A stretch of 64,000 nucleotides of DNA from assembly GCA_041690395.1 (NCBI GenBank), contig JAWLHJ010000002.1, positions 657,099-721,098 on the forward strand. Reading direction: 5' to 3'. Positions 46,240 through 54,912 of this stretch are shown piece after piece. The position numbers and the translations under genes were made by a program. The DNA is from Longimicrobiales bacterium. Its GTDB lineage: Bacteria; Gemmatimonadota; Gemmatimonadetes; Longimicrobiales; Gaopeijiaceae. The notes under the pieces are model-generated. The model did not search any database, was not told the origin of the DNA, and saw only the letters and a program-made list of their open reading frames with translations. Position 1 is the first letter of the stretch; each line of letters opens with the position of its first letter.

Positions 46240-47454
46240 GTGACCGCGGAGGCCACCCCACCCGTTCCGGTGCACGTCCGGAGGCTGGCCCGGATTCCCG
46301 ACCCCGTCCGCCTCGAGCGGTATCGGCACGCGCCGGAGCTGGGGCCGCGCCTCCTCTTCTTCAGCGGCGGCAGCGCGCTGCGGACGTTCAGTCGGCGGCT
46401 CGTGGAATACACGCACAACTCCATCCACCTGATCACCCCGTTCGATTCAGGGGGCAGCAGCGCGGCGCTTCGGAGGGCGTTCCGCATGCCGGCGGTCGGT
46501 GATCTGCGGAATCGACTCATGGCGCTCGCGGACCAGACGGTCCGCGGGAACCCGGAGATCTACACGCTCTTCGCCTTCCGTTTCCCGGACGACGAGGAGC
46601 CCGCCACCCTCCGAGCCCGACTCGACCGCATGGTCCGCGGGTCGGATGGGCTCGTGCGCGCCGTACCCGAGCCGCTCCGGGGCATCGTGCGTCACCACCT
46701 GGGCTTCTTTCGCGACGCGATGCCCGACTCGTTCGACCTGCGCGGCGCCGCGATCGGCAATCTCGTGCTCGCCGGCGGGTACCTGAACCAGGGGCGGAGC
46801 CTCGACTCGGTCCTGTACCTCTTCTCCCAGCTGGTGGAGGCGCGCGGTATCGTGCGCCCGGTCGTCGACGCCAACCTGCACCTCGTCGCCGAGCTGGAGA
46901 ACGGCCGCCGCCTGGTGGGTCAGCACCGCATCACGGGGCGGAGCACGCCCGCACTCGAAGCGCCGGTCGGGCGCATCTTCCTGAGTCGCTCCGCGTCCGA
47001 CCCGACTCCCGTCCGCCCGCACATCGACCCGCTGGTCGACGACCTCATCGAACGGGCGGAGCTCATCTGCTATCCGGTCGGGAGCTTCTACACCAGCCTG
47101 GTCGCGACCCTGCTGCCGGAGGGCGTGGCGGACGCGATCGCCCGCTCGGAGGCGCCCAAGGTCTTCGTGCCCAACCCGGACGGCACCGATCCCGAAGAGC
47201 TGGGCCTCGACCTCCCGGGTAAGCTGCGACGACTCCTGTCGTGTATGGAGTCGTCCGCGACGACGAAGGTGCCACCGTCGTCGCTGATCGGATACGTGCT
47301 GGTCGATCGAGCCGCGGCCACGCCACCGCGCCGCCTCATCGCCGATGCGGCGAAGCACGGCGTGGAGATCGTGAGGGTGCCGCTGTCCACGGACACGAGC
47401 GCCCCGCTTTACGACGACGACCTCCTGGCCGAGGCCCTGCTCTCCCTGGCCTGA
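46240..47454 (+). CDS. CofD/YvcK-related protein, GAK-system type
   Basis: IPDPVRLERYRHAPELGPRLLFFSGGSAL, TPFDSGGSS, GDLRNRL, ICYPVGSFYTSL. Confidence 0.8.
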   Translation: MTAEATPPVPVHVRRLARIPDPVRLERYRHAPELGPRLLFFSGGSALRTFSRRLVEYTHNSIHLITPFDSGGSSAALRRAFRMPAVGDLRNRLMALADQTVRGNPEIYTLFAFRFPDDEEPATLRARLDRMVRGSDGLVRAVPEPLRGIVRHHLGFFRDAMPDSFDLRGAAIGNLVLAGGYLNQGRSLDSVLYLFSQLVEARGIVRPVVDANLHLVAELENGRRLVGQHRITGRSTPALEAPVGRIFLSRSASDPTPVRPHIDPLVDDLIERAELICYPVGSFYTSLVATLLPEGVADAIARSEAPKVFVPNPDGTDPEELGLDLPGKLRRLLSCMESSATTKVPPSSLIGYVLVDRAAATPPRRLIADAAKHGVEIVRVPLSTDTSAPLYDDDLLAEALLSLA

Positions 47455-47529
47455 CCTGCGCTCCCTCCACCGACGGTTGCCGGCCGGGCGCTCCCGACGC
47501 ACCTTGGCATCTTCTCGATCACGCGACCC

Positions 47530-48894
47530 ATGAGACCATCGCCGATGAAGACCTTCCGCGCATTCGCCGCCGCCGTGCTCCTCGCGGCCACGACCGCTCC
47601 GCTCGCCGCCCAGGACGTCCCCTGGTCGCCGCTGAACCGCAGCAGCGACAACGTCGAGGTGCTCGGGCACCTGCCGCTCGGCCCCCGACTCTCGGTGGCC
47701 GACATGGAGCTCGAGCAGGAGATGCACCGCCCGTTCGCCTACGTGGCGCGCATGCAGTACGGCCCGGTGGGCCCGAAGGGCCTCGACATCATCAACCTCG
47801 AGGACCCCGAGAACCCCGAGCTCATCTACGAGTGGCGGATCGAGAACCAGGATCTCCACCTCCCCACCGGCGGGATGGACACCAAGCACTTCAAGTGGAA
47901 CGACCGCTACTACGCGGTCCAGTCGCTCCAGTTCGGGCAGGGCGGGCCGAACTCCGACCTCGGCGCGGTCGTCCTCGACGTGACGGGGCTGCCGGACCCG
48001 AGCACGGTGGAAGAGGTCGCGCGCATCCGCGAGCCGGAGATGCCCGGCGGGTTCCACAACATCTTCATCTACAAGCACTCGAACGACCGCGTGTATCTCT
48101 TCACGACGGCCAACGCGCCGGGTGCGCTCGTCTACGACCTCGGGAGGCTCGTCGAGGGCGACCTCGAGAACGCGCGGGTGGGCCTGGTCCCCGTGCCCGA
48201 GTCGGCGCTCGGAAGCGGTAGTGGGCGGGGCTACCACGACTTCTACGTCGGATACCACCCGGACACGGGTGAGGACCGCTTCTACGGCGGCGGCACGGGC
48301 GGGTACTACATCTACGACGTCAGCGACGTGACCGCGCCCGAGCTGCGCATCACCCTGACCGGCGTGTCGGGCGTCAACTACGGCCACACCTTCACGCCGA
48401 GTCCCGACGGGCGCTACGTGATCGCCGAGACCGAGTACCAGTACGCGCCGCTCCGGATCTTCGATCTGCAGCCCGCGCTGGAAGGCGAGCGCACGAACAT
48501 CAGCTCGCCGATCTCGGCCTGGACCGCCGATTGGCGCAACCTGGTGCACAACCACGAGGTGCGCTGGCCGTACGTGTTCGTCTCCGGATACCTCGACGGC
48601 CTGCAGATCTTCAACCTGCAGGACCCGGCCAACCCGGTGACGGTCGGCTACTACGACACCTACGTCGGACCGCCCAACACCGACCGGTACAGCATGTTCA
48701 ACGGCGCTTTCGGCGTGGACGTGCGCAACGAGGACGGCCTCATCGTGGTGAGCGACATGTCGACCGGACTCTGGACCTTCCGCATGGACGGCTTCCAGGG
48801 ATGGAACGGGGAGCAGTGGGGCGTTCCGGACATCTCGTCCGCGCAGAAGTGGGACGAGCCGGTGGTGCGGAGGCCGGTGAGCCAGCAGCGTTAG
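47530..48894 (+). CDS. secreted LVIVD-repeat beta-propeller protein
   Basis: Signal peptide; repeats GLDIINLEDPENP, VVLDVT..DP, YIYDVSDVTAP, GLQIFNLQDPANP. Confidence 0.8.
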   Translation: MRPSPMKTFRAFAAAVLLAATTAPLAAQDVPWSPLNRSSDNVEVLGHLPLGPRLSVADMELEQEMHRPFAYVARMQYGPVGPKGLDIINLEDPENPELIYEWRIENQDLHLPTGGMDTKHFKWNDRYYAVQSLQFGQGGPNSDLGAVVLDVTGLPDPSTVEEVARIREPEMPGGFHNIFIYKHSNDRVYLFTTANAPGALVYDLGRLVEGDLENARVGLVPVPESALGSGSGRGYHDFYVGYHPDTGEDRFYGGGTGGYYIYDVSDVTAPELRITLTGVSGVNYGHTFTPSPDGRYVIAETEYQYAPLRIFDLQPALEGERTNISSPISAWTADWRNLVHNHEVRWPYVFVSGYLDGLQIFNLQDPANPVTVGYYDTYVGPPNTDRYSMFNGAFGVDVRNEDGLIVVSDMSTGLWTFRMDGFQGWNGEQWGVPDISSAQKWDEPVVRRPVSQQR

Positions 48895-48900
48895 CAGGTC

Positions 48901-48953
48901 GTCGGGGCGAGAGGCGCTGCGGCGGGGCCCCGCCGCAGCGCTCGCGCCCCGAC
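48901..48953. terminator. very strong hairpin containing a perfect 28-bp palindrome
   Basis: gcgctgcggcgggg/ccccgccgcagcgc (48914-48941) flanked by gtcggggcg/cgccccgac. Confidence 0.6.
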
Positions 48954-49010
48954 GCCTGGCCTCCCATGTTGTGACACGGGGAGCGAGGCGGCTCGAAGAC
49001 GGAGGGCGTC

Positions 49011-51083
49011 GTGTCGAGGACAGCGGGAGAGCTCGTCGACCTCCTCATCGGGCTTTCGATCGGGGTGCACCGGTTCGCCATGTACCCGCCGGGTCACCCG
49101 TCCCTCGACGGCATCGTCGGGGATCTGACCCGGCACCTCGCCGAGGTCCTCTCGGAGCGCGGCACCCTCGCCGTGGGCGTCGCCTACCAACAGCTGGTCG
49201 TGGGCGGGATCGCCACCGATCCACGCCATCCGGTCATCTCGGATCTCGCGCGCCGGCTCCACGACCACCAGCTCGGCGCCGTCTCGTTCGAGCCCGGCAT
49301 CACCGAGGAGGTGGTCGCCAGCCTGCTCTCGGTACTCGGGCGGGAGCCGGGTCCCGACGATCCGCCGCTCGGCGTCCTCCCGGCGGACGACATGCCCGCC
49401 TGGCCGAGCGCACGTCTCCACCCGGTCGGGTACGACCACCTCCGCATCAAGGAAGGTGGCAGCGGCGGCGGTCCGATGGACCGGGGCGACCAGCTCTGGC
49501 TGGGGCTGGCCCAGGTTTCGATCGCTTCGGACCAACCGCTGACCGAGCTGCCTGACGCCAGCATCGTCGCCGAGAGCATCCGCGGCCACGAGCGGGAGCC
49601 GGCGTACGACCAGGCCGTCGTGGGCTACCTGCTCCAGCTCACCGAAGAGCTCAAGGCACGACCCGCGGAGGAGTTCGACGGGGTTCGTGGCCGCGTGTCG
49701 AAGCTCATCCGTGAGCTGGACGAGCCCACGCTATCGCGGCTGGTCGACCTCGGTGGCGACGTCGAGCGGCGCCGCCGCTTCGTCATAGACGCGAACCGGA
49801 CGCTGGCGGCGGAATCGGTGCTGAAGGTGATGCGCTCCGCGGCCTCGACCTCGCAGCAGACGATCTCGCACTCCATGACCCGGCTTCTGACGAAGCTGGC
49901 GGCCCACACCCGGAGCGGGAACGGACGGGTCCGCGAAGAGGCGGACTCGGCCTTCCGCGGCCAGATCGAAGAGCTCATGGCGAACTGGTCGCTCGACGAC
50001 CCGAACCCGGGCGCCTACACCGTGTCGTTGGACGCGATGGCTCGGGCCGCACCCATGTTCGAGTCCGACGACGATTCCGGAGGATCGCTGGCCGGCGCCG
50101 AGCGGCTGGTCGAGATGGCCATCGAGATCGACGCTTGGGGGCCGATCGTTCGACGCGCGCTCGAGGAGCTCGCGGAAGGGGATACGACCGTCCGCCTCGT
50201 CCAGCTGCTCGAAGCGGCGCCGCCCCAGAACGGGGTCGCCGAGCGGGCCTGGGCACACGTCGCGACACTCGACGAGCTCAATCGCCTCGCCGAGAACCCG
50301 GGAGTGGACACCGACGCCGTGGCCGCGCTCGCGCGGAGGCTGGGCGAGCCGGCCGTCGAGGCGCTCATCGAGATCCTTTGCGAGGCGGACGAGCGGACGC
50401 ACCGCCGACGGGCCTTCGACGTGCTCAAGGGGCTCCCCGTGGCTTGGATCGCCGACCGGGCGACCCGGCGGCTGGACGATCCGCGCTGGTTCGTCCAGCG
50501 TAACATGTTGCTCCTCCTGCTCCAGGTGGGGGCGCCCATCGAAGGCCTCCGCCTCACCCCCTATGCCACGCACGAGGACCCGCGAGTCCGGCGTGAGGCT
50601 CTCGCCCTCATGATCTCGCGACCCGACCGCCGGGACGCCGGCATCCTGATGGCGCTCGCGGAAGACGACGAGCGCGTGGTGCGCCTGGCGCTGAACGCGA
50701 TTCGGGGCGACGTGCCGGAGCCCGTGCTGCGCGCCGTCGTCGACGAGGTGCTCCTCGACCCGGCGCGCTCGGACGAGCTCCGCACGGCGGCGGTGAAGGC
50801 GTTGGCGGAATCGATCTCGTTCGAAGCCGCGGACGCGCTCATCCGAATCGTAGCCGACGGCCGAACGATACTGGGACGGATCCGGCTGGCCGCGCCCACC
50901 CCGCCGGTGCTGGAAGCGCTCCGGGTCCTGGCCACGGTCTGGCGGGACGACGGGGAGGCCCAGGAGGTCGTCGAAGCGGCGCTCGCCTCACGTGACCCGG
51001 TGGTGCGGGCGGCGGTCGAGGGTGCGCTCCGCGAGGACGTCGCGGCCCGGGAGGCTCCAGACGCCGGGGGGCGCGCCGGGTGA
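49011..51083 (+). CDS. HEAT-repeat protein with an N-terminal YP.xHP domain
   Basis: MYPPGHPS; DDPRWFVQRN, HEDPRVRREAL, EDDERVVRLAL, SRDPVVRAA. Confidence 0.82.
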   Translation: MSRTAGELVDLLIGLSIGVHRFAMYPPGHPSLDGIVGDLTRHLAEVLSERGTLAVGVAYQQLVVGGIATDPRHPVISDLARRLHDHQLGAVSFEPGITEEVVASLLSVLGREPGPDDPPLGVLPADDMPAWPSARLHPVGYDHLRIKEGGSGGGPMDRGDQLWLGLAQVSIASDQPLTELPDASIVAESIRGHEREPAYDQAVVGYLLQLTEELKARPAEEFDGVRGRVSKLIRELDEPTLSRLVDLGGDVERRRRFVIDANRTLAAESVLKVMRSAASTSQQTISHSMTRLLTKLAAHTRSGNGRVREEADSAFRGQIEELMANWSLDDPNPGAYTVSLDAMARAAPMFESDDDSGGSLAGAERLVEMAIEIDAWGPIVRRALEELAEGDTTVRLVQLLEAAPPQNGVAERAWAHVATLDELNRLAENPGVDTDAVAALARRLGEPAVEALIEILCEADERTHRRRAFDVLKGLPVAWIADRATRRLDDPRWFVQRNMLLLLLQVGAPIEGLRLTPYATHEDPRVRREALALMISRPDRRDAGILMALAEDDERVVRLALNAIRGDVPEPVLRAVVDEVLLDPARSDELRTAAVKALAESISFEAADALIRIVADGRTILGRIRLAAPTPPVLEALRVLATVWRDDGEAQEVVEAALASRDPVVRAAVEGALREDVAAREAPDAGGRAG

Positions 51084-52258
51084 GCTCCGCGGTCCGCTTC
51101 CTGACGTCGCTGGCCCAGGCGCTCTCGGCCATGTCGCTCTACCGGAGCGAGCACCCGGCGTCCGCCCGCGCCATCGACAGGGCCTACCAGGCGCTCTCGG
51201 ACCTCCAGGACGAGCACGACACGCCGCGCTTCACCTTCGTGGGCCATGAGATCGTGTTCGGCAGCCGGCCGCTCCGCGAGCTACGCGGCTGGGACTGGGG
51301 AGCCCGGCTCGCCGCCGCCGGCGTGCAACGGCTGGAGCTCGTCGAGCGCGTGGGCTACGACGACTTCGAGGCGTTCCTCGAGGAGCTGGTCGCTCGGCTC
51401 GGAGGCGGCCCGGTCCGCTCGGCGGAGGTCCGCCAGGGCCGGCCGTCCGCGATCCTCTACGGAGAGGTCTCGCTCGAAGCCGCGGTGGAGAAGGAACCGA
51501 CCGAGGCGCCCCCACCGACGCTCTATTCGCTGCGCGAGGAGCTGGAGACCGTGGACTGGCTCCAGGACGAGCTGCGCGAGGGGCGTCGCCTCCAGATGCT
51601 GGAAGCGGAGGGCATCGTGCGCTCGCTGTCGGTCGCGATGCGCGCCGATCAGGCGTTCCTCATCCCCCTCGTCCGCCTGAAGGAGTTCGACCAGTACACG
51701 GTCACCCATACCCTGAACGTGGCCGTCCTCACTATGGCGCTGACCGAGTTCATCGGGCTCGGCCCGCGCGAGGTGCGCGCGTTCGGCATCGCGGGGCTGC
51801 TCCACGACCTGGGCAAGGTCCGCGTGCCGGTGGACATCCTGAACAAGCCGGGCAAGCTCACGGACCAGGAGCGGGCCGTGATGAACGGCCACACGGTCGA
51901 GGGGGCGCGACTCATTCTCGAGGCCGAGCAGGATCTCGACATGGCGGCGGTCGTGGCGTACGAGCATCACATCCGCATCGACGGTGGCGGCTACCCCTCG
52001 CTCCGCTACAAGCGCCCCTGTCACCAAGCGAGCGACCTCGTGCACGTCTGCGACGTCTTCGACGCGCTCCGCACGAACCGGCCCTACCGGGAGGCGTGGC
52101 CCACCGAGCGCGCTCTCTCGATCATCGAGGAGGGCGCGGGACCGGAGTTCGACCCCGACATCGCCCGCGCCTTCGTCCGGATGATGCGACAGTGGGAAGG
52201 ACGTGTCACCGAGGTGTCGCCGGACGCGCCCGACGTACGGCTGGACGCTGCGGGCTGA
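51080..52258 (+). CDS. HD-GYP cyclic-dinucleotide phosphodiesterase
   Basis: DQYTVTH, LHDLGK, LNKPGKLT, EHH...GGYP, DVFDAL..RPYR, FDP; GTGA overlap with the upstream gene. Confidence 0.92.
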   Translation: MSSAVRFLTSLAQALSAMSLYRSEHPASARAIDRAYQALSDLQDEHDTPRFTFVGHEIVFGSRPLRELRGWDWGARLAAAGVQRLELVERVGYDDFEAFLEELVARLGGGPVRSAEVRQGRPSAILYGEVSLEAAVEKEPTEAPPPTLYSLREELETVDWLQDELREGRRLQMLEAEGIVRSLSVAMRADQAFLIPLVRLKEFDQYTVTHTLNVAVLTMALTEFIGLGPREVRAFGIAGLLHDLGKVRVPVDILNKPGKLTDQERAVMNGHTVEGARLILEAEQDLDMAAVVAYEHHIRIDGGGYPSLRYKRPCHQASDLVHVCDVFDALRTNRPYREAWPTERALSIIEEGAGPEFDPDIARAFVRMMRQWEGRVTEVSPDAPDVRLDAAG

Positions 52259-52289
52259 CCTACTAACGCCCGTGGGCTTCCGCCCGATG

Positions 52290-52700
52290 TCAGGGCCGAT
52301 ACGCGATCGCGTCGATCTCCACCCTGAGCCCCTTGTCGGGAAGCGATGCGACCTGGACGGTCGTACGCGCCGGACGGTGATCCCCGAACACGCGGGCGTA
52401 GACCGCGTTCATCGCATCGAAGTCGCGGAGATCCACGAGGAAGACACCGCAGCGGAGCACATGCGAGAGGTCGGTGCCGGCCGCCTTCAGGATCGCCTCG
52501 ATGTTCCGGAACACCTGCTCCGTCTGGCGCTCCACGTCGTCACCGGCCAGTTCCCCGGTCGCGGGGTCGGTCGCCCCCTGACCGGAGACGATCACCAGAC
52601 GGTCCAGGGTGATGCCGGGCACGTATGGCCCGATGGGCTTCGGGAGCCCTTCCGCGAAGACGGGCTCGTGGGCGGGACGGCTTCCGGGAGTATCAGTCAT
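52290..52700 (-). CDS. RidA/YjgF family protein
   Basis: PIGPY, SGQ, DFDAMNAVY, PARTTVQV, VEIDAIA. Confidence 0.92.
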   Translation of the reverse strand: MTDTPGSRPAHEPVFAEGLPKPIGPYVPGITLDRLVIVSGQGATDPATGELAGDDVERQTEQVFRNIEAILKAAGTDLSHVLRCGVFLVDLRDFDAMNAVYARVFGDHRPARTTVQVASLPDKGLRVEIDAIAYRP

Positions 52701-53121
52701 GTGTATGTGCTCCGGCACGGGGTTCGACGGCGAACCAGACGAGGAACAGCACCAACGGATAGAGGAGGAGCTGTCCGGCGACGAACCAAGCGGGATGCGT
52801 GAAGGATGTCCAGTTGAGGAGGCTCCCCAGGAGCGCCAGCCCGACGATGGCGGCCGAGAACCAGCGCCTGCGGCTGATCGCCACCCACCCCGCGACCAGA
52901 CCGCCGAGCAGGGCGCCGACGAGCTCCGAAAGGAAGGCGATCACCCACGTGATCAGGGGGAGGCCGGCCACGTGCTCGGCGAAGGCCTCGGCGTCGGCCG
53001 GGTCCATGGGGTCGACGCCGGGCGGCAGCGGGCTGATGGACGAGCCGACCCATTGGAGGCCCATCACGACTACCGCGGTCACGACGATCCCCGCGGGGAT
53101 CGCCAGCACGTTGCGCCACAT
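52693..53121 (-). CDS. small membrane protein
   Basis: GGAG RBS, ATG 53121; four hydrophobic helices, HPAWF motif. Confidence 0.75.
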   Translation of the reverse strand: MWRNVLAIPAGIVVTAVVVMGLQWVGSSISPLPPGVDPMDPADAEAFAEHVAGLPLITWVIAFLSELVGALLGGLVAGWVAISRRRWFSAAIVGLALLGSLLNWTSFTHPAWFVAGQLLLYPLVLFLVWFAVEPRAGAHTHD

Positions 53122-53302
53122 CGTCTTCTCCACGCCGGGTCGGGACTCCTCGGGAGCCTGGTGAATACGCCCGGACCCGCGTCGATGCAAGGCCGCCGCA
53201 CCCGACGCGGCGCACCGCCCGGCCACGTAGGAGCCACCCGGTACCCGTGGTAGATTTCGGGGCCCCTCGCCCCTCGGTCTCCGACCTACCGCACAGGACC
53301 CG

Positions 53303-54844
53303 ATGAACCCGACCCGCGTCGCCGCCATCGATGTAGGCTCGAACGCCATCCGCTACGTCGTGGCGGAGGTGCCCGCCTCGGGAGCCTATACCGAGATCGA
53401 GGACCACCGGGTGGCGGTGCGGCTCGGGACCGACGTCTTCACACGCGCCCGGACGTTCCGGCCCGAGACCATGGAGGCCGCGGTCGCCGCGCTCCTCCGC
53501 ATCCGGCGGCGCCTCGACGACCTGGGGATCTCCCACTACCGGGCCGTGGCGACCAGCGCCGTCCGCGAAGCGCGCAACGGGGGCGAGCTGGTCGACCGGA
53601 TCCGACGCGAGTCGGGCATCCACCTGGAGACGATCTCCGGAAGCGAAGAGGCCCGCCTGGTCTGGATCGCGGTGACCGATCGCGTGGACTTCGGTGACGA
53701 CCGTTGGCTCATGATGGACCTGGGGGGCGGCAGTCTGGAGATCTCGGTCGCGGACCGCGGCGGGATCCTCTGGAGCGAGTCCCACACCCTCGGCTCGGTG
53801 CGGCTCCTCCAGGCCTTCCAGGAAGAGGGCCGGAGCCCTTCTGGTGCGGCCTACCAGGAACTCCTCGAGCGATACGCCCACGTCCTGAAGGTCCCGCGCG
53901 CCGTGGGCGAGTGGAAGCCCACGGGCACCATCGCCACCGGTGGCAACATCGAGGCCCTCGCGGATCTCGCCGGGGCCACGAAGGACGAGCGGGGCGTGAG
54001 TCGACTCCCCACGGCCGCCCTGCACGGGCTTATCTCGAAGCTGGGGGCCTTCACGGCCGAGGAGCGTATCTCGGAGCTCGGGCTCCGAGAGGACCGGGCC
54101 GACGTCATCCTTCCCGCCTCGGTCGTCTACGAGCGGGTGACCGAGCTCGCGGGGGCCGACGAGATCGTGGTCCCCCGCGTCGGGGTGAAGGAAGGGCTCG
54201 TGCTCGACCTCGTGGACGAGCTCACCAACGAAGTGGCCCACTCGGGGCGGCGCGAGCACGTCATACGCTCGGCGGCCGTCGCGCTCGGGCGCCGGATGCA
54301 GTTCGACGAAGCCCACGGGAAACAGGTGGCCCGCCTGGCGCTCGACCTGTTCGACCAGCTCCGGGATCTCCACGGCCTGGGGTCACGGGAGCGGAACGTG
54401 CTCATGGCGAGCGCGCTCCTTCACGACATCGGGCAGTTCGTCTCCTATCGCAGGCATCACAAGCACTCCATGTACCTGATCGCCAACGCGGACCTGCCGG
54501 GCATCTCCCCGGAAGACGTCCAGCTGGTGGCGGTGCTCGCCCGGTATCATCGGAGATCGGAGCCGAAGACCGGGCACGCCGAGTTCCGCGCGCTCGGCAC
54601 GAAGGACCGTGATGCGATCTGCAAGCTGGCCGCCCTCCTGCGCGTGGCCGACGCGCTCGACCGGGAGCACGTCGACCGCGTGGCGTCGCTCACGAGCCGT
54701 CTGGAGGACGACGCGCTCGTGCTCGAGCTGGAGACCCGGGGAAGCCTGACCTTGGAGGAGTGGGCGCTCCGCTCGAAGGGGCAGCTCTTCGCCTCCGTGT
54801 TCGGAAAGCCCGTGCGGGTGGAATCGCAGCTCGTGCCGGCCTGA
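53303..54844 (+). CDS. ppx: Ppx/GppA exopolyphosphatase
   Basis: IDVGSNAIR, ATSAVREA.N, ISGSEEA, DLGGGSLE, DRADVI, LHDIG, HHKHS. Confidence 0.93.
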   Translation: MNPTRVAAIDVGSNAIRYVVAEVPASGAYTEIEDHRVAVRLGTDVFTRARTFRPETMEAAVAALLRIRRRLDDLGISHYRAVATSAVREARNGGELVDRIRRESGIHLETISGSEEARLVWIAVTDRVDFGDDRWLMMDLGGGSLEISVADRGGILWSESHTLGSVRLLQAFQEEGRSPSGAAYQELLERYAHVLKVPRAVGEWKPTGTIATGGNIEALADLAGATKDERGVSRLPTAALHGLISKLGAFTAEERISELGLREDRADVILPASVVYERVTELAGADEIVVPRVGVKEGLVLDLVDELTNEVAHSGRREHVIRSAAVALGRRMQFDEAHGKQVARLALDLFDQLRDLHGLGSRERNVLMASALLHDIGQFVSYRRHHKHSMYLIANADLPGISPEDVQLVAVLARYHRRSEPKTGHAEFRALGTKDRDAICKLAALLRVADALDREHVDRVASLTSRLEDDALVLELETRGSLTLEEWALRSKGQLFASVFGKPVRVESQLVPA

Positions 54845-54912
54845 TGTCACGGCCATGAAACGATCTCGCAACAGCCTGAACGAGCCGTCCCCGACGGAGT
54901 AGTCTTCGAGCC

